This document shows positions 1-11,431 of a DNA stretch of 54,162 nucleotides, piece by piece. A program made the translations under genes and the position numbers. Under the pieces are notes generated by a model that did not search any database, was not told where the DNA came from, and saw only the letters and a program-made list of their open reading frames with translations. Source of the DNA: Octopus bimaculoides (lineage: Eukaryota); NCBI RefSeq assembly GCF_001194135.2, contig NC_068989.1:44171140-44225301 (forward strand), read 5' to 3'. Position 1 is the stretch's first letter. Every line of letters begins with the position of its first letter.

Positions 1-45
<45 letters not shown>

Positions 46-407
46 CAGAACCACACTAATACCGTAGGAGTGAAATTTAGGATCTCTTGGTTTTCTGAGA
101 ATCAATTTTGATAAAACTTTTCCCAGCTGGTTTGCACATTATAACAACACCATTGTTATATTTTCATTATCCTGTGTAACATCCTTTCTTTTTTTATTTC
201 AGATTCTTCAGTTTTTGGGGTGAACTATGTTAATAGCTTTGATGAAAATAGCCTATCTATGTAGTGATACATATTAAGCATACCTTGAGTATATATTTAA
301 CAGAAAACCATAATAACGTTATAACTTTTATTGACATAATGAAGTATTTAGCCACATGAGTGCCATTTCAACAGGTAACTTCAAAAATCCTATTAGTCAT
401 GGAATCT

Positions 408-630
408 GTCATATGGCGTAGTGGTTAAGAGCGCGGGCTACTAACCCCAAGATTTGGAGTTAAATTCCATCGAACTCTGAATCGAAAAATACCTCGGGAA
501 TGAGAACCCAAGTTCAAAATTTCCCTAAGACACTTGAAGAAGGCTGGAGGGTATATCAGCCAAAACGTTGTGCCAACAGCAAACAAGATCAGGATAAATA
601 TCCATCGAATGTAAATAATGTAAATAAGGT
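408..630 (+). mobile_element. tRNA-headed short element with a degenerate hammerhead-like 3' part
   Basis: A box TGGCGTAGTGG, degenerate B box GAGTTAAATTCC, hammerhead-like fold at 529-574, tail gtaaataatgtaaataa. Confidence 0.55.
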
Positions 631-639
631 AAATTTATT

Positions 640-1814
640 TTAATATGGGGTAGGATTGCCTTTGGCAGTAATTACAGCTTGCATTCTACAAGGTATGGAC
701 TCGTTCAAAATTTGAATTGTTTCCAAAGGAATTTTTGTCCATTCTTCAGCTAAAACAGTCTCCAGTTCTTGTAGTGATGATGGTGGAGGATATCTACTCC
801 TTGTTTTTCTAAACTGCACCATAAATGTTCAATGATATTGAGATCTGGGAACTGTGGTGGCCAGATAAGAAGTTCAACTTCACCAGAATGTTCCTCGTGC
901 CATTCAGTAACAACTTTAGCTGTGTGAATTAGTGCATTATCATCCTGAAAGATTGCGTTTCCCTCTAGAAACAGTTCTGCAACCATAGGATGAATTTGAT
1001 CAGATAAAATGCTTAAATAGTCTTGACTATTAATTCTGTCATGAAGGGAAACCATCGGGCCAGTGGATTTCCAAGATTCAGCCCCCAGATCATCACAGAT
1101 TCTCCTCTATGCTTAACAGTTAGAAGAAGGCAGTCTGGGTCAAAAGCTTCTTTTGGCTGTCTCCACACATATACTTGGTGGTTAGAAATAAGGTAAAGGA
1201 TGACTCATCTGAGGAAATAACATTCTTCCACTGCTCTAGGGATCAATTCAGTAGGTTTTTACTCCACTCTAAATGCTTTGCAATGTTTGTTTTGAAAGTA
1301 GTAGTTTTCTGATTGCAGCCCTCCCATGAAATCCAGCTTTGTGCAGCTCCCGGTGAATAGTTTTTGTGGAAACTGGGTTCTTGAAGTGGTCATTAAACTC
1401 TAACAATTCGCGTAAGAGTTCGATAGTCCCTATCTGAAAGTTTTGGTCTTCTTCTGGTGTCTTGTTTCGACGAGTTAGGTTTATTCCCTCTTTCTCAGAG
1501 GCTGTCATTACTTTCGAGACCGCACTTCTTGATACACCAAACATTTCAGCTGTTTTCATTATGCTAGTGCCTGCCATACAAGCACCAATAATTTGACCTC
1601 TTTGAAAGTCCGATAGAGCTGTCATTTTAATGAATTTTAATTACCTTTTTCTGATGATATCTGAAAAGAAATAGCAATTTTAGCAAAATATATTAAACAA
1701 CACTAATAATAAATCAAAAAATATAAAAATTAACAAGCTTTTGATGGCTTTATAGATATTTCAAAATTATGATGCTATGATACTAGGTGTTTCCATTATT
1801 TTGTCCAACCCCTG
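640..1814 (-). mobile_element. Tc1-like (DD34E) transposon, frameshifted, one TIR visible
   Basis: HTH N-terminus MTALSDFQRGQIIG, FQDDNA and WPPQFPDLNIIEHLW motifs; TIR CAGGGGTTGGACAAAATAATGGAAACACC ending at 1814, followed by TA. Confidence 0.9.
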
Positions 1815-1854
1815 TATATACATACATATATTACACACAGACAGACACACAGAT

Positions 1855-2008
1855 GATTATATACATACACATATAAGTTTCTTTCAGTTTCCATCAACCA
1901 AATCCATTGAGAAGGCTTTAACTGGGAGTACAGCAAAAGACATTTGTACTTGCCCAAGATGCCATGCAGTAGGATCTAGGGCAAGTATCTTCTACTATAC
2001 CAAGTGAC
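1855..2008 (-). mobile_element. SINE family B, diverged 5' half
   Basis: ttctttcagtttccatcaaccaaatccattgagaaggc...acttgcccaagatgccatgcagt matches the full copy at 14647-15086. Confidence 0.7.
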
Positions 2009-2067
2009 AAAAAGGATTAAAATATATGAATAATTCTTTTAAAAATATAAAGAACAAAAAGAACCAC

Positions 2068-2460
2068 CTACATTGTTGTGGGCAAGGTTGAGAATAGTCA
2101 ACTGGGAAAAAGGTATCTTGTCCTCCTTGTTTTCTCTCACAGGTCGTGTACTGTAGCAATTACAGGTTTTGATTCCTATGTCTAAAATGGGTACTTCACT
2201 TTCCTCTGATTCCTCTTCACTTGTCTCAAAAGAATACACATCAGAAGTGAGCACATCAGACTCAAATTCAGATTCAAGTTGCGATTCAGTTAGATGTGGA
2301 TGCGGATGCTCAGCATCTGATTCTGCTGCTGATGACGACAGTAGTGGTTCTTCCTTGATTTTCGGCTCTAGCCCAAGCAGATCAAAGGAGTCAAGAGGAA
2401 TTTCCTCATCATCCAGCCTTTCAGTAGTTTCCTTGATTTTTGACAGATTCATGAATAATT
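2068..2460 (-). CDS. XRRA1: XRRA1-like exon 9 (acidic region, then IPFSQLTILNLAHNNV LRR)
   Basis: Acceptor ccttctttctcttccatcag, donor G|GTGGTT; 393 nt, phase 1-1. Confidence 0.85.
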
Positions 2461-2522
2461 CTGATGGAAGAGAAAGAAGGGTGGAAGAAGTGCATTATGT
2501 GAAGACTGGAATTGCTATGATG

Positions 2523-2579
<57 letters not shown>

Positions 2580-3213
2580 CAAGCATGCACACAGACATGT
2601 ATGTCTGTTCTCTGCCTGTGTATACCTGTGTATGTGTATGCCTGTGTGAATATGTATGGCAAATTCATGCCTTTGAGAGCTTTCCATTAATTAAACAAAA
2701 TCTATATTTTTGCATATTAAAGCATAAATCATAAAGTCTCAATGTAAATGAAATAAAAGGGCAAGCATATTCCATCTAAGCTACTGNNNNNNNNNNNNNN
2801 NNNNNNNNNNNNNNNNNNNNNNNNNNNNNNNNNNNNNNNNNNNNNNNNNNNNNNNNNNNNNNNNNNNNNNNNNNNNNNNNNNNNNNNNNNNNNNNNNNNN
2901 NNNNNNNNNNNNNNNNNNNNNNNNNNNNNNNNNNNNNNNNNNNNNNNNNNNNNNNNNNNNNNNNNNNNNNNNNNNNNNNNNNNNNNNNNNNNNNNNNNNN
3001 NNNNNNNNNNNNNNNNNNNNNNNNNNNNNNNNNNNNNNNNNNNNNNNNNNNNNNNNNNNNNNNNNNNNNNNNNNNNNNNNNNNNNNNNNNNNNNNNNNNN
3101 NNNNNNNNNNNNNNNNNNNNNNNNNNNNNNNNNNNNNNNNNNNNNNNNNNNNNNNNNNNNNNNNNNNNNNNNNNNNNNNNNNNNNNNNNNNNNNNNNNNN
3201 NNNNNNNNNNNNN

Positions 3214-3250
<37 letters not shown>

Positions 3251-3559
3251 ATTGCTTCATCTTGAGAGATGATAGCCATCCCATCAACACACCCCATCAC
3301 ACAGTACAATCCCTCTATTGATGAGCCCTTAGATGACTTTTAAGAACAGCTGCTGACTGACAAGGTTTAAAACACAAGTGACATGTTACTTAAGTTTCTT
3401 CTATATCTTTGCCCTTTGGAATCTGATTCTGAAGGAATGTTTTTGTGAACTAGCATATGTGTTTTAAGCCCAGATATTGTGTTACAAGTTTTTTGAGATT
3501 AGACACAAGTTGTAAAAGGTGGTTGGTGTCCAAGATCATAACCTATTTGGGCATTACGA

Positions 3560-4410
3560 TTTTCATGTGACTTCATGTGGTGCACGTATCCTGCTTTTCA
3601 CAACAGAACACGATCACATATAATATATACCCAATGTTCACTGTTGATTACAGTTCTAATTGTTCCTTTGCAACGGGTCCTTTTAAGTTCAGAGTGCTGA
3701 ATCATCTTTTCCTCCCAGGCATTACAACCAGTCCTAACAGCACATCTCCACTAGAGCATCGTTTTCCCAATCACTTTTGTTCATATCTAGTTTTTTCAGG
3801 TTTTCCTTCACACAGTCTTTATACCTTTTCCTCGGCTTATGTTGTAGTCATTTACCAGAGTTGAGCTCACCATAAAAAAGACGCTTTGACAAACACTTGT
3901 CTTTAATTTTAATAACATGTCCAGTTCATCTCATTTGAGCCAAGATAACATGTTGTTCAACATGGCTGCAACATGCCATGCACAAAACCTCTGTATCTGG
4001 TATGAAACATTCCCACTTGACTCCTAAGATACATCTGAGGCACTTTTGATGAAATCACTTGAGCATTGTTATGTGACGCTTGTAAGTGGTCCATGTCTCA
4101 CTTGAATAAAGAAGTGCAGACAATACACACACTTTATAGACACAGATTTTTGTCTGCAGGTAAATATCTCTATCCGCCCATACTTGCTTTTCGAGCTTTC
4201 CAAATACAACACTTCCTTTCTCTATTCGATAGTTTATATCTGCATCAAGACTACCATCTTTTGACAGTGTGCTTCCAAGGTAAACAAAAGTATCTAACCT
4301 TGTTCGATTCACAAAAATGTTTGGTTCAGGATATGTTTGTCCTGGCATGGGAGTAAACATTACTTTGGTTTTCCCAAAACTAATTGTGAGTCCGAAATGT
4401 ACACAAGCAA
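3560..4410 (-). mobile_element. RTE-clade LINE, 5'-truncated ORF2 C-terminal fragment
   Basis: HFGLTISFGKTKVM, FVYLGSTLS, LLYSSETWTTY, RWTGHV, LFYGEL and a terminal CDRVLL..AGY..HMKSH finger; stops and frameshifts. Confidence 0.85.
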
Positions 4411-4647
4411 TACATACATATATGCACATACCTACATATATATGTATATATACATGCATGTCAAAAAACGTGAACATAATGAAAAACGAGAACATAGAAA
4501 AACAATGAAAACATAGAAAATGAACTTTTTTTCAGACAATGAAAGAAACAAATAGAGAAATAAGACAGGCAACATAAAGAACAATCCCTTCATCAGTTGT
4601 CCCCTGTTTTATCTACTCCACGTTTTGATGGTTGGGACAAGACGCGA

Positions 4648-4703
4648 CTTCGTTAAAACAGTCCTTCCCGCAAAGCATTGCAGGAAGGGCTGTTTTAACG
4701 AAG
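4648..4703. repeat. 26-bp stem hairpin (24/26 matches, 4-nt loop)
   Basis: cttcgttaaaacagtccttcccgcaa AGCA ttgcaggaagggctgttttaacgaag. Confidence 0.95.
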
Positions 4704-6839
4704 AGCACAGGGTTACATAATCAGACTGTTAGCTAACATTCCGTTGAAACCCCAATGCAAAATCAATTGGTAAGATCAGCTGTAATGGATATATAACACT
4801 ATGTTTTGCACTGCATTCTCCTTCACCACTCTCTACGCATGCTTTTTTGACAACGTCCTGTTACTTGTCAATAATATAAATAACCTAAGTTGTTTTTTTT
4901 TGTTTTTTTTTTGTACATACCTGTGGTGTGTGTCACACTTACTTCAAAAGAAGAGGTAAAAAGGTTGAAGGGAGAAGTACAACGAAAAAGAAAAATGAAA
5001 AGTGTTAAGCAGAGGAGGTATAGTTGAAGTGAGTGACAAAGCAGGAGGGAAGGGAGGGACAGAAGCAGAGGAAGTATAGTTGAAGCGAGAGGCAAAGCAG
5101 CAAAGAGGAAGTAAGAGGGAGTGAGAGAAGGGGGAGTTTGACAGTGCTGAGAAGTAAGAGAAATTAATGCATTATACGCAGGAGGACAGTTACAGGCAAG
5201 GAGATATAGAGAAGGGGGAGGGGAAAAGAGAGAGAGATTTAGAGAGATAGACTGAGTGAAGGAAGGGATTGGATAGAGAATAATAGTGAAATAGAATGGA
5301 ACCATTCTCGGATCTTTTTTAAAACGGGGGCCACATTTTTCATTAATGTTTTACGTAGTGTTTTTGGTACCGAAAGACTTTCAAACTTCGTATACTTATC
5401 TATTTTGTGTTATAGAACAGAAAAATATTTTTGTATTCGAATTTATTTCATGTAAAAAATAGTCTTATTTCGATAATTTCAACCAATCACTGACAAGTAT
5501 TCAGTTGTTTACATTTACTCCTTTGGCTCATTAAGCGATGTAAAGCGTATTTAATCTCCATACCTTNNNNNNNNNNNNNNNNNNNNNNNNNNNNNNNNNN
5601 NNNNNNNNNNNNNNNNNNNNNNNNNNNNNNNNNNNNNNNNNNNNNNNNNNNNNNNNNNNNNNNNNNNNNNNNNNNNNNNNNNNNNNNNNNNNNNNNNNNN
5701 NNNNNNNNNNNNNNNNNNNNNNNNNNNNNNNNNNNNNNNNNNNNNNNNNNNNNNNNNNNNNNNNNNNNNNNNNNNNNNNNNNNNNNNNNNNNNNNNNNNN
5801 NNNNNNNNNNNNNNNNNNNNNNNNNNNNNNNNNNNNNNNNNNNNNNNNNNNNNNNNNNNNNNNNNNNNNNNNNNNNNNNNNNNNNNNNNNNNNNNNNNNN
5901 NNNNNNNNNNNNNNNNNNNNNNNNNNNNNNNNNNNNNNNNNNNNNNNNNNNNNNNNNNNNNNNNNNNNNNNNNNNNNNNNNNNNNNNNNNNNNNNNNNNN
6001 NNNNNNNNNNNNNNNNNNNNNNNNNNNNNNNNNNNNNNNNNNNNNNNNNNNNNNNNNNNNNNNNNNNNNNNNNNNNNNNNNNNNNNNNNNNNNNNNNNNN
6101 NNNNNNNNNNNNNNNNNNNNNNNNNNNNNNNNNNNNNNNNNNNNNNNNNNNNNNNNNNNNNNNNNNNNNNNNNNNNNNNNNNNNNNNNNNNNNNNNNNNN
6201 NNNNNNNNNNNNNNNNNNNNNNNNNNNNNNNNNNNNNNNNNNNNNNNNNNNNNNNNNNNNNNNNNNNNNNNNNNNNNNNNNNNNNNNNNNNNNNNNNNNN
6301 NNNNNNNNNNNNNNNNNNNNNNNNNNNNNNNNNNNNNNNNNNNNNNNNNNNNNNNNNNNNNNNNNNNNNNNNNNNNNNNNNNNNNNNNNNNNNNNNNNNN
6401 NNNNNNNNNNNNNNNNNNNNNNNNNNNNNNNNNNNNNNNNNNNNNNNNNNNNNNNNNNNNNNNNNNNNNNNNNNNNNNNNNNNNNNNNNNNATACACACA
6501 TTGTTAAATTAAAAGCGGGACAGAGGTGGTACGGAGAGGAGGTATTTTCAGAGTAGACTGATACATACATCACAAAAAAAAGTAGATATATAAATCGAAA
6601 GAAAAGTTCTGTTGTGTCTGGGGAGAGTCATTTTCTTATCGTGCCTTAAAATTTAACACACTCACCGTTAAAATTTCCACTTATTATTTTTATTTTCCTA
6701 AAATTTTCGTTGCGTCTTGCAACCTTTTCAATAGTCTTGACTCTGTCCGTTATTCACGTTGCGTTCTGTTTTTGCTTTTCTTTTCTTTTTTTCTTCTTGT
6801 TTTTGCGCATGCGTGTGTCTCAGTGTGTGTGCATGTGTG

Positions 6840-6985
6840 TGTTAGCTATAAATACAGTGTCACCCATCCAGAAAGGGATTCTGTTCCAGTTAGTCAGCCA
6901 GCAGTTAGCAGAACACTTGGATGAGAGTACAGCTATTTTCAGTGGGACTCCAGAAGGACACTACCTCTGACGGCAGACTTCAACA
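6840..6985 (+). repeat. Unclassified dispersed repeat, copy 1 (copy 2 at about 9253-9392)
   Basis: ttagctataaatacag...cagccagcagttagcagaa...ggatgagagtacagctattt...gactccagaaggacactacctctgacggca is nearly identical at both sites. Confidence 0.8.
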
Positions 6986-7224
6986 TGAATAGCTGTGTTA
7001 TTTCACCAGCTTAACACCATAGATTTCAGGATTACATTAAGCTCGCATGGCAAATCCCATTATTCTCTATGGACGGAACCTGCCTGTTTAAACTTTTGAT
7101 TACCTTTATTGCAGTATGTTTCTACCCATTTGTGTAATAGTAAGTCCAATGGCTTTCCTTCACTGCTACATACAACAATTTTTTTATCTCGTTGCAACCC
7201 AAATAAATTATGATGTTTTTGGAC

Positions 7225-7729
7225 ACTAAACCCCGCTTGCGAAGACCTTTTGAGGCAAGTGAAATTGAAATCGAACTAAATTCGACGACTGGCACCCATG
7301 CCAACGTCGTCTCCTTCATTGGACACGAAACTCAGCTTGCGAAGACTTATTGGGGCAAGCGAAAGCGAAATCGGGATGGCACTTGTGCCCAGCGTCGCCT
7401 TTCTGGCACTTGTGCCCGTGACATGTGTAAGCATTTTCAAGCGAGATTGTTGCCAGTGCCCCTGGACTGGCTCTTGTGCAGGTGGCACATAAAATACACC
7501 ATTTTGAGCGTGGCCATTGCCAGTACTGCCTGACTGGCCTTCATGCGGGTGACACGTAAAATCACCCACTACACTCTCTGAGTGGTTGGCGTTAGGAAGG
7601 GCATCCAGCTGTAGAAACTCTGCCAAATCAGTTTGGAGCCTGGTGTAGCCATCTGGTTTCACCAGTCCTCAGTCAAATCGTCCAACCCATGCTAGCATGG
7701 AAAGCGGACGTTAAACGATAATGATGATG
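7225..7729 (+). mobile_element. 3' UTR/tail fragment of the (GAT)n-tailed RTE family
   Basis: Same 3' end as the ORF2-bearing copy at 21095-22794 (cacccactacactctc...aagggcatccagctgtagaaac...gcatggaaagcggacgttaaacgat(gat)n). Confidence 0.85.
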
Positions 7730-9394
7730 TTCTAATATGGCCTTCTGAGGTATTTTCTTAATGCCTTACAGATGCAACTCTTTCACTGACTTTCCACATT
7801 GTGTGTTTATTTGGTAACATGCTAAAATTCGTAACACTTTACTGAAGTTACATTCTTACATAGTTGCATTTGAAAACAGAAACAATTCCATTATGCTGGT
7901 GACCTGAATATTGAAATGTTTCTTCAGGAAATATTACCTAAAAAAAAATTAATATTTTTCTAGAATAGTGTAGCAGATGTGTTGTGGATCTCATGACTTT
8001 CAAATATATTCTCTTCAATATTCTTTTTTTCCAATATGGCTACCTTTCTCTTCTTTCCAATATGGCTACCTTTCTTCTTCACATGTAACCTTGTGGCACC
8101 ACAAGGTTACGCATGCATAGACTAGACTGACTTGCCTTGATTTGAATTTACTGCCGCTCACTGCCATCACTGTAAAATTTGCTCCTGCTGCAAGTTATAT
8201 CATTCACTGGATTTGTTTAATGGGTTAAAAGAATAAAATAGAAACAAAACGTGGATTAATTCTTTTTTAAAGCCTTACTTGTGATATCTGTTCTGTGAGA
8301 ACAGTGCTCATCATGTTTAAACAGCTTTTCTTCTGCAATCACCCAGGAGGCTGTGAACCACTTTCCTTGACAGACATATGGTCAAATCTCTCTTTCCTCG
8401 GATTTGGCCCTGTAAAGAGTTTTCAATGAATTTTCATCATTGCTGAATCATTCTTCATTGCCCTGGACTTCTCCCTTGATTTACTGAGCTCCTCCAGCCC
8501 TGCTTCCTGAAGGATGATTTCATCTTGCTTGCACCTGCTTGACTGTTTTTCTGCTGCTGAGAAATACTCTCCTTACAGCATCGCTCCTTGCTCCCCTGTC
8601 TCCAATGCAAAGCTTCAGCTTGTATATAGTGCATCAGGTATAGTAACTGACTACTGTTTCCCAGTCATTTCATCAACACTTTCAAGCATCTTATCTCCTT
8701 TGAATTCACTCAACACATCGTCTTCTGAATTTGCGACATGCGAATTCTGATCCTTGCTTATGCCAGCCTCTGCAGATTTGGTTTGACGTCGCCGAAGCCC
8801 TACCCACTCTGTCTCAACTGGGATCTTCAGCCTCTGAGAAGCTCATTTTGGCTACTCTCTTCTATCCACTATGAGGTGTTACATTCACTGGCTGATCTTA
8901 ATTCTGCATCCACTTTCAGCACACCAGACGCACAGTTCTGTCACAGCTGCTTTCATCTCACTGGCCCCTGGCATGCAAGACTGTATATATTTCCTCTGAC
9001 CATTCTCGTGTTTGAACATTTTGTCTTTTCTCACATTTGTGTGAATATACTGCTTGTATTTGTGCTTTCTCTTTATTTTTTTCCTATCAACTTACAGTCT
9101 GAAGTTGTGTCATGTAGTGAGTCAAGGAAGTGCTATTTAGTTGTTGCGTATTAACACAGTAGTTCTATGGCAACTTCAGCCAATTAAAGCTAGCTGCAGA
9201 TTGATATAGGCAGCAGCTTCCATCCAGCAGTATTTTGTGCCTTTTTTCAATAGTTAGCTATAAATACAGCATCATCCATCCAAAAAGGGATTCTACTCCA
9301 GTTGGACAGCCAGCAGTTAGCAGAAGACTTGGATGAGAGTACAGCTATTTCCAGTGAGACTCCAGAAGGACACTACCTCTGACGGCATACTTCA

Positions 9395-9660
9395 GGATTT
9401 ATTCTGCAGTCTTCAAAATCATTTGGACAGAAAAAAATATGAATTCTGTAGATGAGGTCAAAACAGTACTGGAGGAGTATTTTTCATCCCAGACAATTGA
9501 ATTTTGGAAGAGGGGCCTTGCAAGTCTACCAGACATATGGAAGAGCATTGTAGAAAGTGAAGGAGAATATATTTTAGATTAAAAAAGAACTTTGTTTATC
9601 TTAATTTTGAAAAATAAAAGAAGTATTAGAAAACCCCACATCATTTATGGGATGACCCAA
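9395..9660 (+). mobile_element. Mariner 3' fragment (cecropia-like) with right TIR
   Basis: LFCSLQNHLD...EFWKRGLASLPDIWKSIVESEGEYILD* followed by ttatgggatgacccaata. Confidence 0.8.
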
Positions 9661-11164
9661 TACATTCATACATACATATACATTTTAAAAATGGGGAAGG
9701 CTAGTTTAATGGATTACCCTGGGTTTCCCATCCATGAAAGATTTAGCTTCATGGTGTATAGTCAGACCATAAAACCTGTTAACCAAAGACCTTGTAGTAA
9801 CGCCGTGTGCAGTCTCACGCATGCGTGGAATTCAACAAGCAAGCTTTCCTGCTTCATTCTGTCTCTTTCTTGGTCGGCCGGCCATGAGCATGGACGTGTC
9901 AAGCAGTGTCTCCAACATTCCAACTCTGGNNNNNNNNNNTTTAGCTGTCTCACACCATCTTTAGGACTTACACTAGACAGCTCGCTTACATCTACATACC
10001 AACGTCCCAACAACAATGCTCACACACACAGAAGCTGTAACAACAAACAAGAGCTAAAGATGTATATATTTACAACCTGAATAAACGTTGTTTAAGTTGA
10101 TAGTCTGGAGTTCAGCGTTCCGTTATATTCATAATTTTATATAGGAAAGTCAGGTATACATCTAATGATGTATAACCCACTTTCCTATAACCTCTTCAAA
10201 ATATGGAGCGGGGAAAGCCCCATTATGAAGGTAACCAATAGGAGATTATCTCCCTTTAGCCTTTTGGGGACCGCAAGTTGGCAACAGCCAGAAGTCAATA
10301 GGTCATGGCAAAGGGAGATAATCCACTATTGTTTACCTTTGTAACCTTTTAGAGACCATAATATGGTGGCAGGTGGCACAGCCAGAAGTCAATAGCCAAT
10401 GACAAAGATAATCCCCTATTGTTTACCTTTTTNNNNNNNNNNNNNNNNNNNNNNNNNNNNNNNNNNNNNNNNNNNNNNNNNNNNNNNNNNNNNNNNNNNN
10501 NNNNNNNNNNNNNNNNNNNNNNNNNNNNNNNNNNNNNNNNNNNNNNNNNNNNNNNNNNNNNNNNNNNNNNNNNNNNNNNNNNNNNNNNNNNNNNNNNNNN
10601 NNNNNNNNNNNNNNNNNNNNNNNNNNNNNNNNNNNNNNNNNNNNNNNNNNNNNNNNNNNNNNNNNNNNNNNNNNNNNNNNNNNNNNNNNNNNNNNNNNNN
10701 NNNNNNNNNNNNNNNNNNNNNNNNNNNNNNNNNNNNNNNNNNNNNNNNNNNNNNNNNNNNNNNNNNNNNNNNNNNNNNNNNNNNNNNNNNNNNNNNNNNN
10801 NNNNNNNNNNNNNNNNNNNNNNNNNNNNNNNNNNNNNNNNNNNNNNNNNNNNNNNNNNNNNNNNNNNNNNNNNNNNNNNNNNNNNNNNNNNNNNNNNNNN
10901 NNNNNNNNNNNNNNNNNNNNNNNNNNNNNNNNNNNNNNNNNNNNNNNNNNNNNNNNNNNNNNNNNNNNNNNNNNNNNNNNNNNNNNNNNNNNNNNNNNNN
11001 NNNNNNNNNNNNNNNNNNNNNNNNNNNNNNNNNNNNNNNNNNNNNNNNNNNNNNNNNNNNNNNNNNNNNNNNNNNNNNNNNNNNNNNNNNNNNNNNNNNN
11101 NNNNNNNNNNNNNNNNNNNNNNNNNNNNNNNNNNNNNNNNNNNNNNNTATATATATATATATAT

Positions 11165-11320
11165 ATATATATATAACAAACTCCTTTCAGTTTCTGTCTA
11201 CCAAATCCACTCACAAGGCTATAGTAGAAGATACTTGCCAAAGGTGCCATGCAGTGAGACTGAACCCAAAACCTAGTGGTTGAGAAGCAAACTTCTTACC
11301 ACGCAACTATGCTTGCACCA
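11165..11320 (-). mobile_element. SINE family B, 5' half abutting (TA)n and a gap
   Basis: ctttcagtttctgtctaccaaatccactcacaaggc...acttgccaaaggtgccatgcagtgagactgaaccc. Confidence 0.8.
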
Positions 11321-11431
11321 ACTGTTTGTGTATTTTTCATATCTGACCACTGAAACTGCAAAAATCTAACTGGAACTTACTGAACAACAACAACAACAAC
11401 AACAACAAAATCAACACAAAATATTACTTAC

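Noticed and set aside
185-265. Plus-strand acceptor-like site followed by DSSVFGVNYVNSFDENSLSM*
   Set aside because: Short, no homology, and T-rich AG sites are common here.
408-480. SINE heads (408, 17230, 19461, 26746 etc.) as tRNA genes
   Set aside because: They lack a complete cloverleaf and continue directly into repeated SINE bodies.
2169-2690. 173-aa plus-strand Ser-rich ORF
   Set aside because: Antisense shadow of exon 9 plus a (TG)n tract.
8270-8845. E/S/K-rich sense-strand reading (SEDDVLSEFKGDKMLESVDE...EELSKSREKS) resembling exon 8 composition
   Set aside because: Five internal stops, no phase-1 splice sites, and purine skew makes stops rare anyway; more likely decayed TE sequence.
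9793-10131. Possible solo LTR (TGTAGTAACG...AATAAA...CGTTATATTCA)
   Set aside because: The terminal inverted repeat is imperfect, there is no TSD, and a gap lies inside.
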